Shown here piece after piece: positions 18,498 through 28,110 of a stretch of 64,000 bases of DNA. The stretch's first letter is position 1, and each line of letters opens with the position of its first letter. This stretch comes from a bacterium (GTDB taxonomy: Bacteria > Hydrothermota > UBA3073 > JACQXS01): positions 6,681 through 70,680 of the forward strand of contig JAUWHX010000093.1 of the NCBI GenBank assembly GCA_030605695.1, given 5' to 3'. Under the pieces are notes generated by a model. It searched no databases. It was not told the DNA's origin and was given only the letters and a program-made list of their open reading frames with translations. Position numbers and translations under genes: made by a program.

Positions 18498-20876
18498 ATG
18501 ATGTATGGGTCTGATTGGCTAATTGCCGGATATTCTATAAGAAAATGGATAGGAGATTGCATCAGACAATATGGTAGCGGTCCTATGTGGGACCCATCTG
18601 CATTTGGAGGAATACCATTTGGCAATCCTTATACATTTTACTTTTTGTCTTTTCTGATTTTGCCTGTTCATGTGATTTGGACCTATATGTTTGTATTCGC
18701 TACATTTTTTGCCGGCCTGGGAATATACTTATATTTGAAAGAACTAAATATCTCTTTGTATTCTTCGTTTCTTGGAGCAATTGTTTATATGGGATGCGGT
18801 TCTGTTCTCTCAATGACTTACCCGGGGCACGATGGAAAAACATTAGCAACTGCCTTCTTTCCGTTTATTCTTCTCTTCTTACATAAGGCACTTACAAAAC
18901 ACAAACTTATTTACTTCTTATTTGCCGGAGCTGTAGGAGGACTTGCCGCTGTTAATGCTCATTTCCAACTTATTTACTACGCCGGTGTAATGTGCGTGTT
19001 TTATTTGCTCTATCACCTTATATGGCAACGTAAAGAGAATGGAATAAGAAAAACCATCATACTTATAGGATATTCACTTTGTGCCCTGATCCTTGCCGGT
19101 GGTTTGCTATCAATACACTACTTCCCTATATTCGGAACTATGGGATGGGGAGCAAGAGGTGCAGGTAGGGGATATGAGTTCGCCACCTCCTGGTCCTTGC
19201 CACCCAATGAGCTTTTGGATTTACTAACACCTTACTTCTCGGGATTACAAAATAACTATTGGGGAGAAAACTATTTTAAACTTGATACTCAATACTTAGG
19301 AATATTACCTTTGTTACTTGCTTTGCTTGCAATTGCTTTCAAGAGAAGAGAAAAATATGTCCGATTCTTTATAGGACTTTGTGTAGTTACTGTGATATTT
19401 GCGATTGGTGGACATACTCCACTTTATCGTATTCCATATTGGGTACTTCCAGGCTTAAAAAAACTCAGATGTCCTACAATGATTTTTTATCTCACAAGCT
19501 TTGGCATCGCAGTTCTTTCGGCATTTGGAGTCCAAACACTGACAAACAGAAGCCAGAAGCCAGAAGCCAGAAGCCAGAATATAAGAAATATTAGTATCTT
19601 ATTGGGAATAATATTTGGTATAGTTGTAATATTTGCTGTTATTTGTTCGGTTGGGAAGGAATCTATACTCTCCTCGTTGAAAACACGCTGGAGCCCAATT
19701 TTACTTGGTAAGTACGGTCCTCAACTCACTCAACAAAAATTACAGAACCTTTCTGAAAATTATCCTAATTTTCTTGGCGGATTGGGCAAAGCTATACTTT
19801 TAATAGCCATAAATTCTTTCTTGATTTTACTTTTAGCTATGAAACGACTAAAATTGAGAGTTTGGATTTTAATAGCTATACCAATACTTATATTTGACCA
19901 GTGGAGTATTGAGAAGAAATTTCTAAAAACCGTCTCACATCCCAAGCAATATTATGCTCCTGATGAAATCGTAAGTTTTTTGGGAAACCCGTCCCGAACC
20001 GTGACGGGTCGGGATGACCGAGAACTCTACCGCGTATTCCCACTTAATTATGAGCATTCTCAGGATGGATACCTTTCACTTTATAATATTCAAAGTTTAG
20101 GTGGATATGTTTCAAATCCTGGTGATAGATACCAGAAACTTATTGGCGCCGGTGAAAGTGTTATGTTCACTCCTTTAAATTTAATACGGTATAGGAATAT
20201 GCTTAACATCTTGAATGCCAAATATGTCATCTCTATGTGGGTTCCGGATGACCTATCAAAATATCCACCTAATACTCAACAGGTAATAAAAAGTTTCAAA
20301 GATGGTTTTTTAAGAAAATGGGGAACAAGCTGGGAAGAAGCACATAAAGGCTTTAAACTTGTTTATAGAAGCAATCGTGGGTATGGAATATATGAAAATG
20401 AAACTACTTTACCAAGAGTATGGTTGGTCCATAACTTCAAAGTCTTGTCTCGTGAGGAAGTTCTTGAGGAATTAAAAAACCCTACTTTTCACCCTGATAC
20501 TATAGTGCTTCTTGAGGAAGACCCCGAATTCCAAACCCCGAACCCTGAACCCCGAACCCCGAACCCCGAGAAAGTTGTAATCAATGAGTATTCGCCCAAC
20601 AAAATAATATGCACTGCCACTCTTGAATCGCCAGGTTTTCTAATATTCTCAGATAACTGGCATCCAGATTGGAAAGTTTGGGTTGACAAGAAAAAAGAAA
20701 AAGTTTACATTGCTGATTACACTTTGAGAGCAGTTCAGTTGGATAAAGGAGAGCACAGCGTGGAATTTAAGTATGATTCCTTGCATTTTAAGTTAGGAGC
20801 AATCGTGTTTTTCCTTTCATTCTTATTCTTTCTCGGTACAATTGGGTTCTGGTTTAAATTTTATAGAAGAAGATGA
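18498..20876 (+). CDS. yfhO: YfhO-family polytopic membrane glycosyltransferase; the true 5' end is probably at 18335, see findings
   Basis: Many transmembrane helices and a large C-terminal extracytoplasmic domain, as in YfhO-type glycopolymer glycosyltransferases. The frame is open back to the upstream stop and encodes a further TM helix (KIFIAILFILPVIYFASLL) with no ATG/GTG/TTG in that stretch. Confidence 0.65.
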   Translation: MMYGSDWLIAGYSIRKWIGDCIRQYGSGPMWDPSAFGGIPFGNPYTFYFLSFLILPVHVIWTYMFVFATFFAGLGIYLYLKELNISLYSSFLGAIVYMGCGSVLSMTYPGHDGKTLATAFFPFILLFLHKALTKHKLIYFLFAGAVGGLAAVNAHFQLIYYAGVMCVFYLLYHLIWQRKENGIRKTIILIGYSLCALILAGGLLSIHYFPIFGTMGWGARGAGRGYEFATSWSLPPNELLDLLTPYFSGLQNNYWGENYFKLDTQYLGILPLLLALLAIAFKRREKYVRFFIGLCVVTVIFAIGGHTPLYRIPYWVLPGLKKLRCPTMIFYLTSFGIAVLSAFGVQTLTNRSQKPEARSQNIRNISILLGIIFGIVVIFAVICSVGKESILSSLKTRWSPILLGKYGPQLTQQKLQNLSENYPNFLGGLGKAILLIAINSFLILLLAMKRLKLRVWILIAIPILIFDQWSIEKKFLKTVSHPKQYYAPDEIVSFLGNPSRTVTGRDDRELYRVFPLNYEHSQDGYLSLYNIQSLGGYVSNPGDRYQKLIGAGESVMFTPLNLIRYRNMLNILNAKYVISMWVPDDLSKYPPNTQQVIKSFKDGFLRKWGTSWEEAHKGFKLVYRSNRGYGIYENETTLPRVWLVHNFKVLSREEVLEELKNPTFHPDTIVLLEEDPEFQTPNPEPRTPNPEKVVINEYSPNKIICTATLESPGFLIFSDNWHPDWKVWVDKKKEKVYIADYTLRAVQLDKGEHSVEFKYDSLHFKLGAIVFFLSFLFFLGTIGFWFKFYRRR
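19547..19579. repeat. (CAGAAGC)4 heptanucleotide tract, in-frame in yfhO
   Basis: Direct reading gives cagaagc x4 + cagaa. It encodes RSQKPEARSQKPEARSQN in a predicted loop. Confidence 0.85.
20522..20570. repeat. (CCCCGAA)-type heptanucleotide tract of 7 units, in-frame in yfhO
   Basis: Units ccccgaa ttccaaa ccccgaa ccctgaa ccccgaa ccccgaa ccccgag, encoding DPEFQTPNPEPRTPNPEK. Confidence 0.85.
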
Positions 20877-21589
20877 AAGCTCTTGTTATCATTCCTACTT
20901 ACAATGAGATAGAGAATATAGAGAGGATAATTGAGGCTATATTCTCCAATGCGTCAAGCGTGGATATACTTGTAATAGATGATAACTCACTTGATGGAAC
21001 TGGTAAATATGTAGAAGAATTATCAAAGAAGAACCCGAAAGTGCATATTATTCACCGTGAGAGAAAACTCGGATTAGGAAGTGCATATAGAGTCGGATTT
21101 AAATATGCACTCAAAGAGAAATATGATTATGCTTTTGAAATGGATGCCGACTTTTCACATAACCCTGAGGATATACCAAGATTTCTTGAAAAAGTAAAAA
21201 CTTGCGACCTCGTAATAGGCTCAAGATATTTAAATCAAATATCTATTGTAAACTGGCCCCTTTCAAGACTCCTGCTTTCCTATTTTGCAAATTTTTATGC
21301 CAGAATAATAACCGGAACTCCTATCCGTGATTTGACATCAGGATTTAAGTGCTACAGCAGAAAAGTCCTTGAAGGAATTCCTCTTGACAGAATTTGCTCG
21401 GATGGATATAGTTTCCAAATTGAGACTGTTTTCTGGGCATATCACAAAAAATTTGATGTTCAGGAAATGTCCATCGTATTCACAGACCGAATAAAAGGAA
21501 CCTCAAAAATGTCAAAAGCTATTGTCTGTGAAGCATTCTGGCTTGTTTGGAAACTCAGAGCCGTTAAACTACTTCATAAATATGGCTGA
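20873..21589 (+). CDS. Family 2 glycosyltransferase, polyprenyl-phosphate sugar synthase type (DPM1/CsbB/GtrB-like)
   Basis: N-terminus VIIPTYNEIENIERII, DxD (VIDDNSLDG), and acceptor-loop motifs. Overlaps the yfhO stop by 4 nt. Confidence 0.75.
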   Translation: MKALVIIPTYNEIENIERIIEAIFSNASSVDILVIDDNSLDGTGKYVEELSKKNPKVHIIHRERKLGLGSAYRVGFKYALKEKYDYAFEMDADFSHNPEDIPRFLEKVKTCDLVIGSRYLNQISIVNWPLSRLLLSYFANFYARIITGTPIRDLTSGFKCYSRKVLEGIPLDRICSDGYSFQIETVFWAYHKKFDVQEMSIVFTDRIKGTSKMSKAIVCEAFWLVWKLRAVKLLHKYG

Positions 21590-22265
21590 TGTAATAATAG
21601 TAGCTGCAGGTGAAGGCAAGAGAATGCAAGACAAGATTCCTAAGCCATATATTAAGTTGAAAGGAAAACCAATTATAGCTCTGACTTTAAAAGTATTTAG
21701 TGAAATTCAAGAGATAGAAAATATAATAATTGTTACTCTTCCCGATTGGATTAAATATTGTGAGTCCGAAGTTATAGAGAAATTTGGATTTAAAAAGGTT
21801 AAGGCAATTATAAAAGGTGGTGCTAAAAGGCAAGATTCAGTGAAAATTGGACTTGAGGCTTTATCCTCTACCCTAAACCCTATACCCGATACCCTTTTAA
21901 TTCATGATGCTGTAAGGCCATTTATTACAGAAGATTTTATAACTCATTTAATCAAGATGTGTGATAAATACGGAGCTGTGGTTCCTGGCATCCCCGCAAC
22001 TGATACGATTAAAGAAATAGATAACGGTTTTGTGCATCGCACTCTCCAAAGAAATAATGTCTATGAGATTCAAACTCCTCAGGTTTTCAAGCATGAGATT
22101 ATTAAGGAAGCATATGAAAAGGCTTATTCTTGTGGTTTTTATGGCACAGACGATGCTTCACTTGTTGAAAGATTGGGAACCCAAGTAAAGGTCGTGCCGG
22201 GACTCCAAAGAAACATAAAAATTACTACCAGGGAAGACCTCTTATATGCAGAAAATTTACTTTAA
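21582..22265 (+). CDS. ispD: 2-C-methyl-D-erythritol 4-phosphate cytidylyltransferase
   Basis: MADVIIVAAGEGKRM... N-terminus and conserved IspD motifs. Start moved to the ATG at 21582, which overlaps the upstream stop. Confidence 0.8.
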   Translation: MADVIIVAAGEGKRMQDKIPKPYIKLKGKPIIALTLKVFSEIQEIENIIIVTLPDWIKYCESEVIEKFGFKKVKAIIKGGAKRQDSVKIGLEALSSTLNPIPDTLLIHDAVRPFITEDFITHLIKMCDKYGAVVPGIPATDTIKEIDNGFVHRTLQRNNVYEIQTPQVFKHEIIKEAYEKAYSCGFYGTDDASLVERLGTQVKVVPGLQRNIKITTREDLLYAENLL

Positions 22266-22724
22266 ATGAAAGTAGGTATCGGATACGATTTTCATCGCCT
22301 TGTAAAAGGCAGGAAGTTAGTTCTCGGGGGCATTGAAATCCTTCATTCTAAAGGTCTTTTAGCACATTCTGATGGCGATGTCTTGTTACATGCTATTGGC
22401 GATGCTATTCTCGGTGCTTCAGGGAAAAGAGATATTGGTTATTACTTCCCAGACACAAACCCTAAATACGAAGGAATCTCCAGCATTGAACTAATTAAAG
22501 AAATAATACGCATTACTAAAGCTAATATCATAAATATAGACTCTGTAATAATATGTGAAGAACCAAAGCTTTCACCTTACATCCAAAATATGCGGGAAAA
22601 AGTCGCCTTTATTCTTAATATTGACTCAAATTCAATCTCTATAAAAGCTAAAACTCAGGAAGGCACAGGTCTTATTGGTAGAGGAGAAGGGATAGCAGTT
22701 TATGTAGTTGTGCTCATTACTTAA
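22266..22724 (+). CDS. ispF: 2-C-methyl-D-erythritol 2,4-cyclodiphosphate synthase
   Basis: IGYDFHRL...GHSDGDVLLHAIGDAILGA... family motifs. The ATG immediately follows the ispD stop. Confidence 0.85.
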   Translation: MKVGIGYDFHRLVKGRKLVLGGIEILHSKGLLAHSDGDVLLHAIGDAILGASGKRDIGYYFPDTNPKYEGISSIELIKEIIRITKANIINIDSVIICEEPKLSPYIQNMREKVAFILNIDSNSISIKAKTQEGTGLIGRGEGIAVYVVVLIT

Positions 22725-24012
22725 TTTTTCCCGCCCACGCTGTTAATTTATTCATCTTTACCTCTCGTTGCTTTCCTGTACGCATATTTTTGATAGTTGC
22801 TTTTTGAACTCGCACTTCATCAGGACCTACTACAATAACATAAGGTATTTTTTTCTTATCTGCATATTTGAACTGTTTTGACAGCTTAACAAAGTCAGAA
22901 TAAATCTCGGTTGCAATGCCTGAATCTCGGAGTTCCTTTGCAATTACTATAGCTGGAGAAGAGTGAGACTCATCAAATTGTGCTACAAGTATGCGAGTAG
23001 ATGGCTTATCCTTTGGCATCAAATTAAGCTCCTTAAGTGCAATCATCATCCGCTCAAATCCAATTGTAATTCCCACTGCAGGTATAGATTTCTCAAGAAA
23101 TGTCCCGATAAGGTCATCAAATCTCCCTCCTCCTGCAAGACTTCCAATCTTTGGACGAGACACTACAACCTCAAATATTGGACCAGTATAATAATTAAGT
23201 CCCCTTGCAAGCCAGGGGTCAAATGAGAAGAACTTCCGATTGATGTTAAAATCCTTTAAATAATCAAAAAGATTTTTGAGTTCTTGTATTCCTTCTTTCT
23301 CCGGTATTACCCGCTCTAATTCTTTCAAGGTTTTGCAATTTTCTAATAGGTCAATCAACTTTTCGCGAGCATCCTGAGGGACTCCATTAAATTCAAGTTT
23401 CTCGGCTACTCCATCCACTCCAATTCGCTCTTGTTTATCCATAGCTCTATAGACGGCGAACTCAAGTTCTGGAGAAATCCCGCTATATTCGCACAAGCTT
23501 TGCAAAATTTTGCGGTTGTTAATCTTTATATTAAATTCCTTGAATCCAAGAGTCCTAAAAACCTCGTATGTAATGCTCAAAATCTCAGCCTCTGCAAGCA
23601 TACTCTGGGCTCCAACTATATCTACATCGCATTGATAAAATTCTCTAAACCTTCCGTATTGTGGTGCATCTCCTCGCCATACAGGTTGAATCTGGTATCT
23701 TTTGAATGGCATAGGAATCTCAGGATGCATTGCAATCACTCTTGATAGAGGAACAGTAAAGTCAAATCTAAGCCCTGCATCTCTTCCTTTACGGTCCTTA
23801 AAGCGATAGATAAGTTTCTCTTCATCTCCATATCTATTCTTGCCAGATAACACATCCCAGTATTCAATAGCAGGAGTTTCTATTGGCAGGAAGCCGTACC
23901 GCTCGAAAATCTCTTTTATAATACTAATAATTTTTTCTCGCCTTTTCATCTCTTCTGGCATCCTATCGTGCATCCCTTTTACAGTTTGTGGTTCTATCTT
24001 CTCTTTGTCCAT
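22717..24012 (-). CDS. hisS: Histidine--tRNA ligase
   Basis: Class II aaRS motifs (..VKGMHDRMPEEM.., ...RLDPWLARGLNYYTGPIFEV..GGGRFDDL) and a C-terminal anticodon-binding domain. Confidence 0.85.
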   Translation of the reverse strand: MDKEKIEPQTVKGMHDRMPEEMKRREKIISIIKEIFERYGFLPIETPAIEYWDVLSGKNRYGDEEKLIYRFKDRKGRDAGLRFDFTVPLSRVIAMHPEIPMPFKRYQIQPVWRGDAPQYGRFREFYQCDVDIVGAQSMLAEAEILSITYEVFRTLGFKEFNIKINNRKILQSLCEYSGISPELEFAVYRAMDKQERIGVDGVAEKLEFNGVPQDAREKLIDLLENCKTLKELERVIPEKEGIQELKNLFDYLKDFNINRKFFSFDPWLARGLNYYTGPIFEVVVSRPKIGSLAGGGRFDDLIGTFLEKSIPAVGITIGFERMMIALKELNLMPKDKPSTRILVAQFDESHSSPAIVIAKELRDSGIATEIYSDFVKLSKQFKYADKKKIPYVIVVGPDEVRVQKATIKNMRTGKQREVKMNKLTAWAGKIK

Positions 24013-24103
24013 AAGCTTAATATCTCCTAAATATCGTAGGGATTTGATTCATCAAATCTTTTCATAGAATCTGCGATTTGACACGATAAATCGTGTCCCT
24101 ACT

Positions 24104-24442
24104 TCAACAAGTAAGGTGTAAAGCAGCTATCACCTTATACATTTGATTTAACTCATTATATTGACGAGAAACCTCAGTTGTAGAGCCCACTATGACTTTA
24201 ATCCCATTAGATTCGAGTTTTTTGATTAGCTCTTCCTGAACTTTCATCAATCCATAAGCCCCAGTTCCTATCACTAAGCATTCAGGGATTTCATTTAAAA
24301 CCTCCAGCAAATCACTTTCTTGCAGGAGATGTCCTTGGGATCTCCACCAATTTGAATCAACTTTATTAGGGTATATAATGACATCTTGCGTATATGTAAC
24401 TCCATCAATCACAATTTTCCCAAATCTATAATCCGAAATCAT
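24104..24442 (-). CDS. Mth938-like (DUF498) domain protein
   Basis: Start moved to MISDYRFGKIVIDGVTYTQDVIIYP..., which resembles the Mth938 family. The longer annotated ORF would overlap mreD. Confidence 0.5.
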   Translation of the reverse strand: MISDYRFGKIVIDGVTYTQDVIIYPNKVDSNWWRSQGHLLQESDLLEVLNEIPECLVIGTGAYGLMKVQEELIKKLESNGIKVIVGSTTEVSRQYNELNQMYKVIAALHLTC

Positions 24443-24447
24443 TTTTA

Positions 24448-24903
24448 CTAAGTTCTGCAAACATTTAACTTTCTCAAGGCAGGAAACATAATTAAACCAA
24501 TAGCTGTAGTATATAAAGCTCCGAAGAATATATATCTCCCAAAAAAGCGATGAGAGAGCTCCTGTACGCTTGCAAAAATCACAACATCGTGTGCTAACGA
24601 GCTGACAAAAAGTAAGATGAGCCATAAAAGAGGAGTTTCTTTGTACACCCTACCACTCAATCTACCAACTCCATATCCAATCACAGTTCCCACAAGTGCA
24701 TTATACCCAAGAGACGAACTGTATAAATCTATAAATATCCCTGTTGCAAATCCAAGCCACATACCCGCTTTTTCATGAAATAAAGCAGTATAGACTACAA
24801 CCACCAGAACAATATCTGGTGTAATTTGTGCAATAGCTACACCTCGAAGCACACTTATTTGAATCACACAAAAAATTCCTGCCAGAATCCATAATTTCAC
24901 CAT
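24448..24903 (-). CDS. mreD: Rod shape-determining protein MreD
   Basis: Small polytopic membrane protein immediately downstream of mreC. Confidence 0.6.
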   Translation of the reverse strand: MVKLWILAGIFCVIQISVLRGVAIAQITPDIVLVVVVYTALFHEKAGMWLGFATGIFIDLYSSSLGYNALVGTVIGYGVGRLSGRVYKETPLLWLILLFVSSLAHDVVIFASVQELSHRFFGRYIFFGALYTTAIGLIMFPALRKLNVCRT

Positions 24904-24965
24904 TAACTACTTTATCTGCTCTATCCGTTCAATCCGCTTACTCAATTTACTTCCGGAATTTCCAT

Positions 24966-25931
24966 TTATTGAGGCTGAAGTCGAATAGTAGGTTCCTTTA
25001 CTTTAAATTCAATAGGAAATTCCCCTCTCTCTTCCTCTTTCTCTTTTAATACTGACGGCAATCTCTTCTTTGGTTTTTCCAAAGGAGACTGAACAATTTC
25101 TTCTTCCTCTATTTTCTGATAAATTTCCCATCCCTGAGTTTTATAAACTGTACTTTTCTCTAATCTTTCAGGTTTTTTCTTCACAATAAATACATATTCC
25201 GTCTCTCCTAACTTGCAGGTAGGTTCTAAAGCTACCTCATAGAAAAGTTTTGTCTTGTCCACATTTATTTCACGGACCTTACCAACAGCTACTCCCTTAG
25301 GAAATATACTCCCTAACCCACTCGTCACTATAGAATCTCCTATTTGTATATCAGAATTAACTCGCACTTGGCCTAAAACACATCCCTTGCCACCTTCCCA
25401 TCGTACAATACCTTGAATTCCATTTCGGAGGTTCATACATGCTACCCTGAAATTAAAATCAGATATAGTCTGCACCATGGCATTCTCCTTTGTAACCTCA
25501 GTCACCTTTCCATACACCCCATCACAAGTTATGACCGGAAAATCTTTCCTCACTTCATCTGCTAACCCTTTATCAATTAAACAAGTACCGGAAATCGGAT
25601 TAGGGTCTCTACTCACTATTCGTGATGCAATTAGTTCATACTCTGTCCGAGCTTTAAATTCAAGCAGGTCAAAAAGTTTTTCATTCTCGTATTGTGAACT
25701 TCTAATAATCTGATTATTTAATGCAAGCTCCGAAACTTTTGCTCTAAGAACTTTATTTTCGTGCCTTATCTTAAATTCATTAAAAATAAAGGAAACCCAA
25801 CCATTAAATGGAGAGAATATACTTCCCAATCGGATTTGTGTCTTTTTACCAAATTCGGTACTTCCAATACCAATTAAGATTATACATAAGACAATAAGCC
25901 CAAAAAACCATCGGTCTGTCACTTTCCACAT
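24966..25931 (-). CDS. mreC: Rod shape-determining protein MreC
   Basis: N-terminal transmembrane helix, coiled-coil, beta-rich periplasmic domain. The ATG abuts the mreB stop. Confidence 0.75.
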   Translation of the reverse strand: MWKVTDRWFFGLIVLCIILIGIGSTEFGKKTQIRLGSIFSPFNGWVSFIFNEFKIRHENKVLRAKVSELALNNQIIRSSQYENEKLFDLLEFKARTEYELIASRIVSRDPNPISGTCLIDKGLADEVRKDFPVITCDGVYGKVTEVTKENAMVQTISDFNFRVACMNLRNGIQGIVRWEGGKGCVLGQVRVNSDIQIGDSIVTSGLGSIFPKGVAVGKVREINVDKTKLFYEVALEPTCKLGETEYVFIVKKKPERLEKSTVYKTQGWEIYQKIEEEEIVQSPLEKPKKRLPSVLKEKEEERGEFPIEFKVKEPTIRLQPQ

Positions 25932-26966
25932 TTATACTCCACGCTCAAGAACACTCTGATATTTCTCAAACTTCTCAAGGACCCTTGCGGCGCCACGAAT
26001 TACACATTCTCTTGGACTTTCTGCAGTTTCTACTTTGAGCCCTGTTTCCTTAGATATCAGTGAATCTAACCCCTGAAGAAGAGCTCCCCCACCTGCCAAT
26101 GTTATCCCTTTATCTATAATATCCGATGACAGCTCAGGTGGAGTTTTCTCAAGAGCACTTTTCACTGCTGTAATTATACTGTTCACAGTACCTTTTAATG
26201 CATCTCTTATCTCTTTAGAATTTATTTTAATAGACTTTGGGAGTCCACCTACAGAATCCCGACCTTTTACTTCCATTGATTTCTCACTTTTTAAAACTCC
26301 TGCACTCCCTATTTGTATCTTTATTTCCTCACCTGTAGTTTCTCCTATGAGTAATTTATAGCTCTTTTTTAAATACTCAACAATAGCAAGGTTCATTTCA
26401 TCTCCTGCTATCCGCACACTCGTATTACATACAATATCAGAAAGAGCTATTACAGCAATCTCTGTCGTTCCCCCTCCTATATCTATCACCATATTCCCTG
26501 ATGGTGATTCAATTGGTAACCCAACTCCTATCGCAGCCGCCATTGGCTCCGCAATAAGCCATACATCACTTGCTCCAGAATGAGAGACAGAATCTCTTAC
26601 TGCACGACGCTCTACATCTGTAATCCCACTTGGAACTGCTACAACTACCCTTGGCCTTGCAAATAACCCTCTCGCCTGAACCTTTTTAATAAAATACTTC
26701 AAAAGCTCCTCAGTTACCTCAAAATCCCCAATAACTCCATCTTTTATGGGTCTTATAGCTTTTATCGCCTCAGGAGTCCTTCCTAACATCTTTTTTGCTT
26801 CTTCTCCTACTGCTATAGTTTCTTTTGTCTTCGTATTAACAGAAACCACAGTGGGCTCATTTAAAACTATTCCTTTCCCCTCCACATATATTAGCGTAGT
26901 AGCAGTGCCAAGGTCAATTCCTATATTATGTCCAACAAACCTGCTGAAGATATTCTTAAATGTCAT
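25932..26966 (-). CDS. mreB: Rod shape-determining protein MreB
   Basis: Actin-fold motifs (IGIDLGTATTLIYV.., ..MVIDIGGGTTEIAVI.., LAGGGALLQGLD). Confidence 0.9.
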   Translation of the reverse strand: MTFKNIFSRFVGHNIGIDLGTATTLIYVEGKGIVLNEPTVVSVNTKTKETIAVGEEAKKMLGRTPEAIKAIRPIKDGVIGDFEVTEELLKYFIKKVQARGLFARPRVVVAVPSGITDVERRAVRDSVSHSGASDVWLIAEPMAAAIGVGLPIESPSGNMVIDIGGGTTEIAVIALSDIVCNTSVRIAGDEMNLAIVEYLKKSYKLLIGETTGEEIKIQIGSAGVLKSEKSMEVKGRDSVGGLPKSIKINSKEIRDALKGTVNSIITAVKSALEKTPPELSSDIIDKGITLAGGGALLQGLDSLISKETGLKVETAESPRECVIRGAARVLEKFEKYQSVLERGV

Positions 26967-27135
26967 CTCTCAAACCCCTGAAATTAGGATATCATAAAAA
27001 ATAAATATGTCAATAAATTTCTAACACAAAATTTATAAAACCTACCCGATAGTTTTACATAGCAACTATCCTTATCTGCTTTATCCCTCACATTTGTAAC
27101 TTGACACTCCTAAAAAAGTCAATATAATCTGTAAA

Positions 27136-28110
27136 ATGTTTAAAGAATCCTCTGAACAAGTAAAAATACTTGGTCTCTACGATATAGACCCTGCGGAATG
27201 GAACTCTCTTCTTAATTCAAAGAATGCATTCGTCTTTAATACTCTGGAATGGACTAATGTCTGGAACCTGTCATACGAAGATGCTCATCCACTTTTCCTT
27301 GTGACAAAAATTAATGGATTCCAATCTGCAATCCCATTTATAGAAATCAAAAAATTTGGATTTAAAAGCTATTACTCTATGCCTTACAGCGATTACGGTG
27401 CAATATTATTAAACTCTCAGCTCTCCTCATCCTGCAATCTGCAATCTGCATTTGCCAAACTCGCACACGGAAATTGGGGTATGCTCTCATTCTCTGATTT
27501 CCACGAGGAAGCTAAAGGGTTAGAATCACTTGGGTTCAAAAAACTTGATTCTGTAACCCATATATTGTCCCTTGCAAAAGATTCTCAAGCTCTATGGAAC
27601 CAATCTATAAGTTCAACAAGAAGGCAGTTTGTCCGTCAGTCGCAACAAAAAGATGTAAAAATCTCCCTTGTTGAAAGTGAATCCCAGGTCCGAGAATGCT
27701 ATAAAATGCTTGAGGACACTGCCAAAAGACATAATAAAAAAGCTTCGAGATTCCCACTAAAGTTCTATCTCAATATCTTCAACATAATGGGAAAATTCCT
27801 AAGATGGACTATTGCAATCCAAGATAACCAGCCCATTGCTAATATAATAAATTTTATATACAAAGATACTATCACTTATTGGGACGGTGGCTCTTATACC
27901 CACGCATTACAATACCGCCCAAACGATGCACTTATATGGGACGCAATAAAATGGGGTTGCAATAATAACTATAAATATTATGACCTTCGTGGCTCCCCTA
28001 CTCCAGGGCTTGCTAAATTTAAACAAGAATGGGGTGCCAAAGAAAAACATTATCCGTTCTATTACAAAAAGTCCCCATTATTTAAAACCCTTAAAACACT
28101 TACCCGATGA
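27136..28110 (+). CDS. FemAB-like / GNAT-fold acyl (aminoacyl)-transferase
   Basis: C-terminal region ...YWDGGSYTHALQYRPNDALIWDAIKWGCNNNYKYYDLRGSP...AKFKQEWGAKE... resembles the FemAB/BioF2-like family. Confidence 0.45.
   Translation: MFKESSEQVKILGLYDIDPAEWNSLLNSKNAFVFNTLEWTNVWNLSYEDAHPLFLVTKINGFQSAIPFIEIKKFGFKSYYSMPYSDYGAILLNSQLSSSCNLQSAFAKLAHGNWGMLSFSDFHEEAKGLESLGFKKLDSVTHILSLAKDSQALWNQSISSTRRQFVRQSQQKDVKISLVESESQVRECYKMLEDTAKRHNKKASRFPLKFYLNIFNIMGKFLRWTIAIQDNQPIANIINFIYKDTITYWDGGSYTHALQYRPNDALIWDAIKWGCNNNYKYYDLRGSPTPGLAKFKQEWGAKEKHYPFYYKKSPLFKTLKTLTR

Noticed and set aside
24013-24103. T-box riboswitch leader for hisS
   Set aside because: The intergenic region is only 91 bp, far too short for a T-box leader. 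The hairpin is a copy of a dispersed palindrome.
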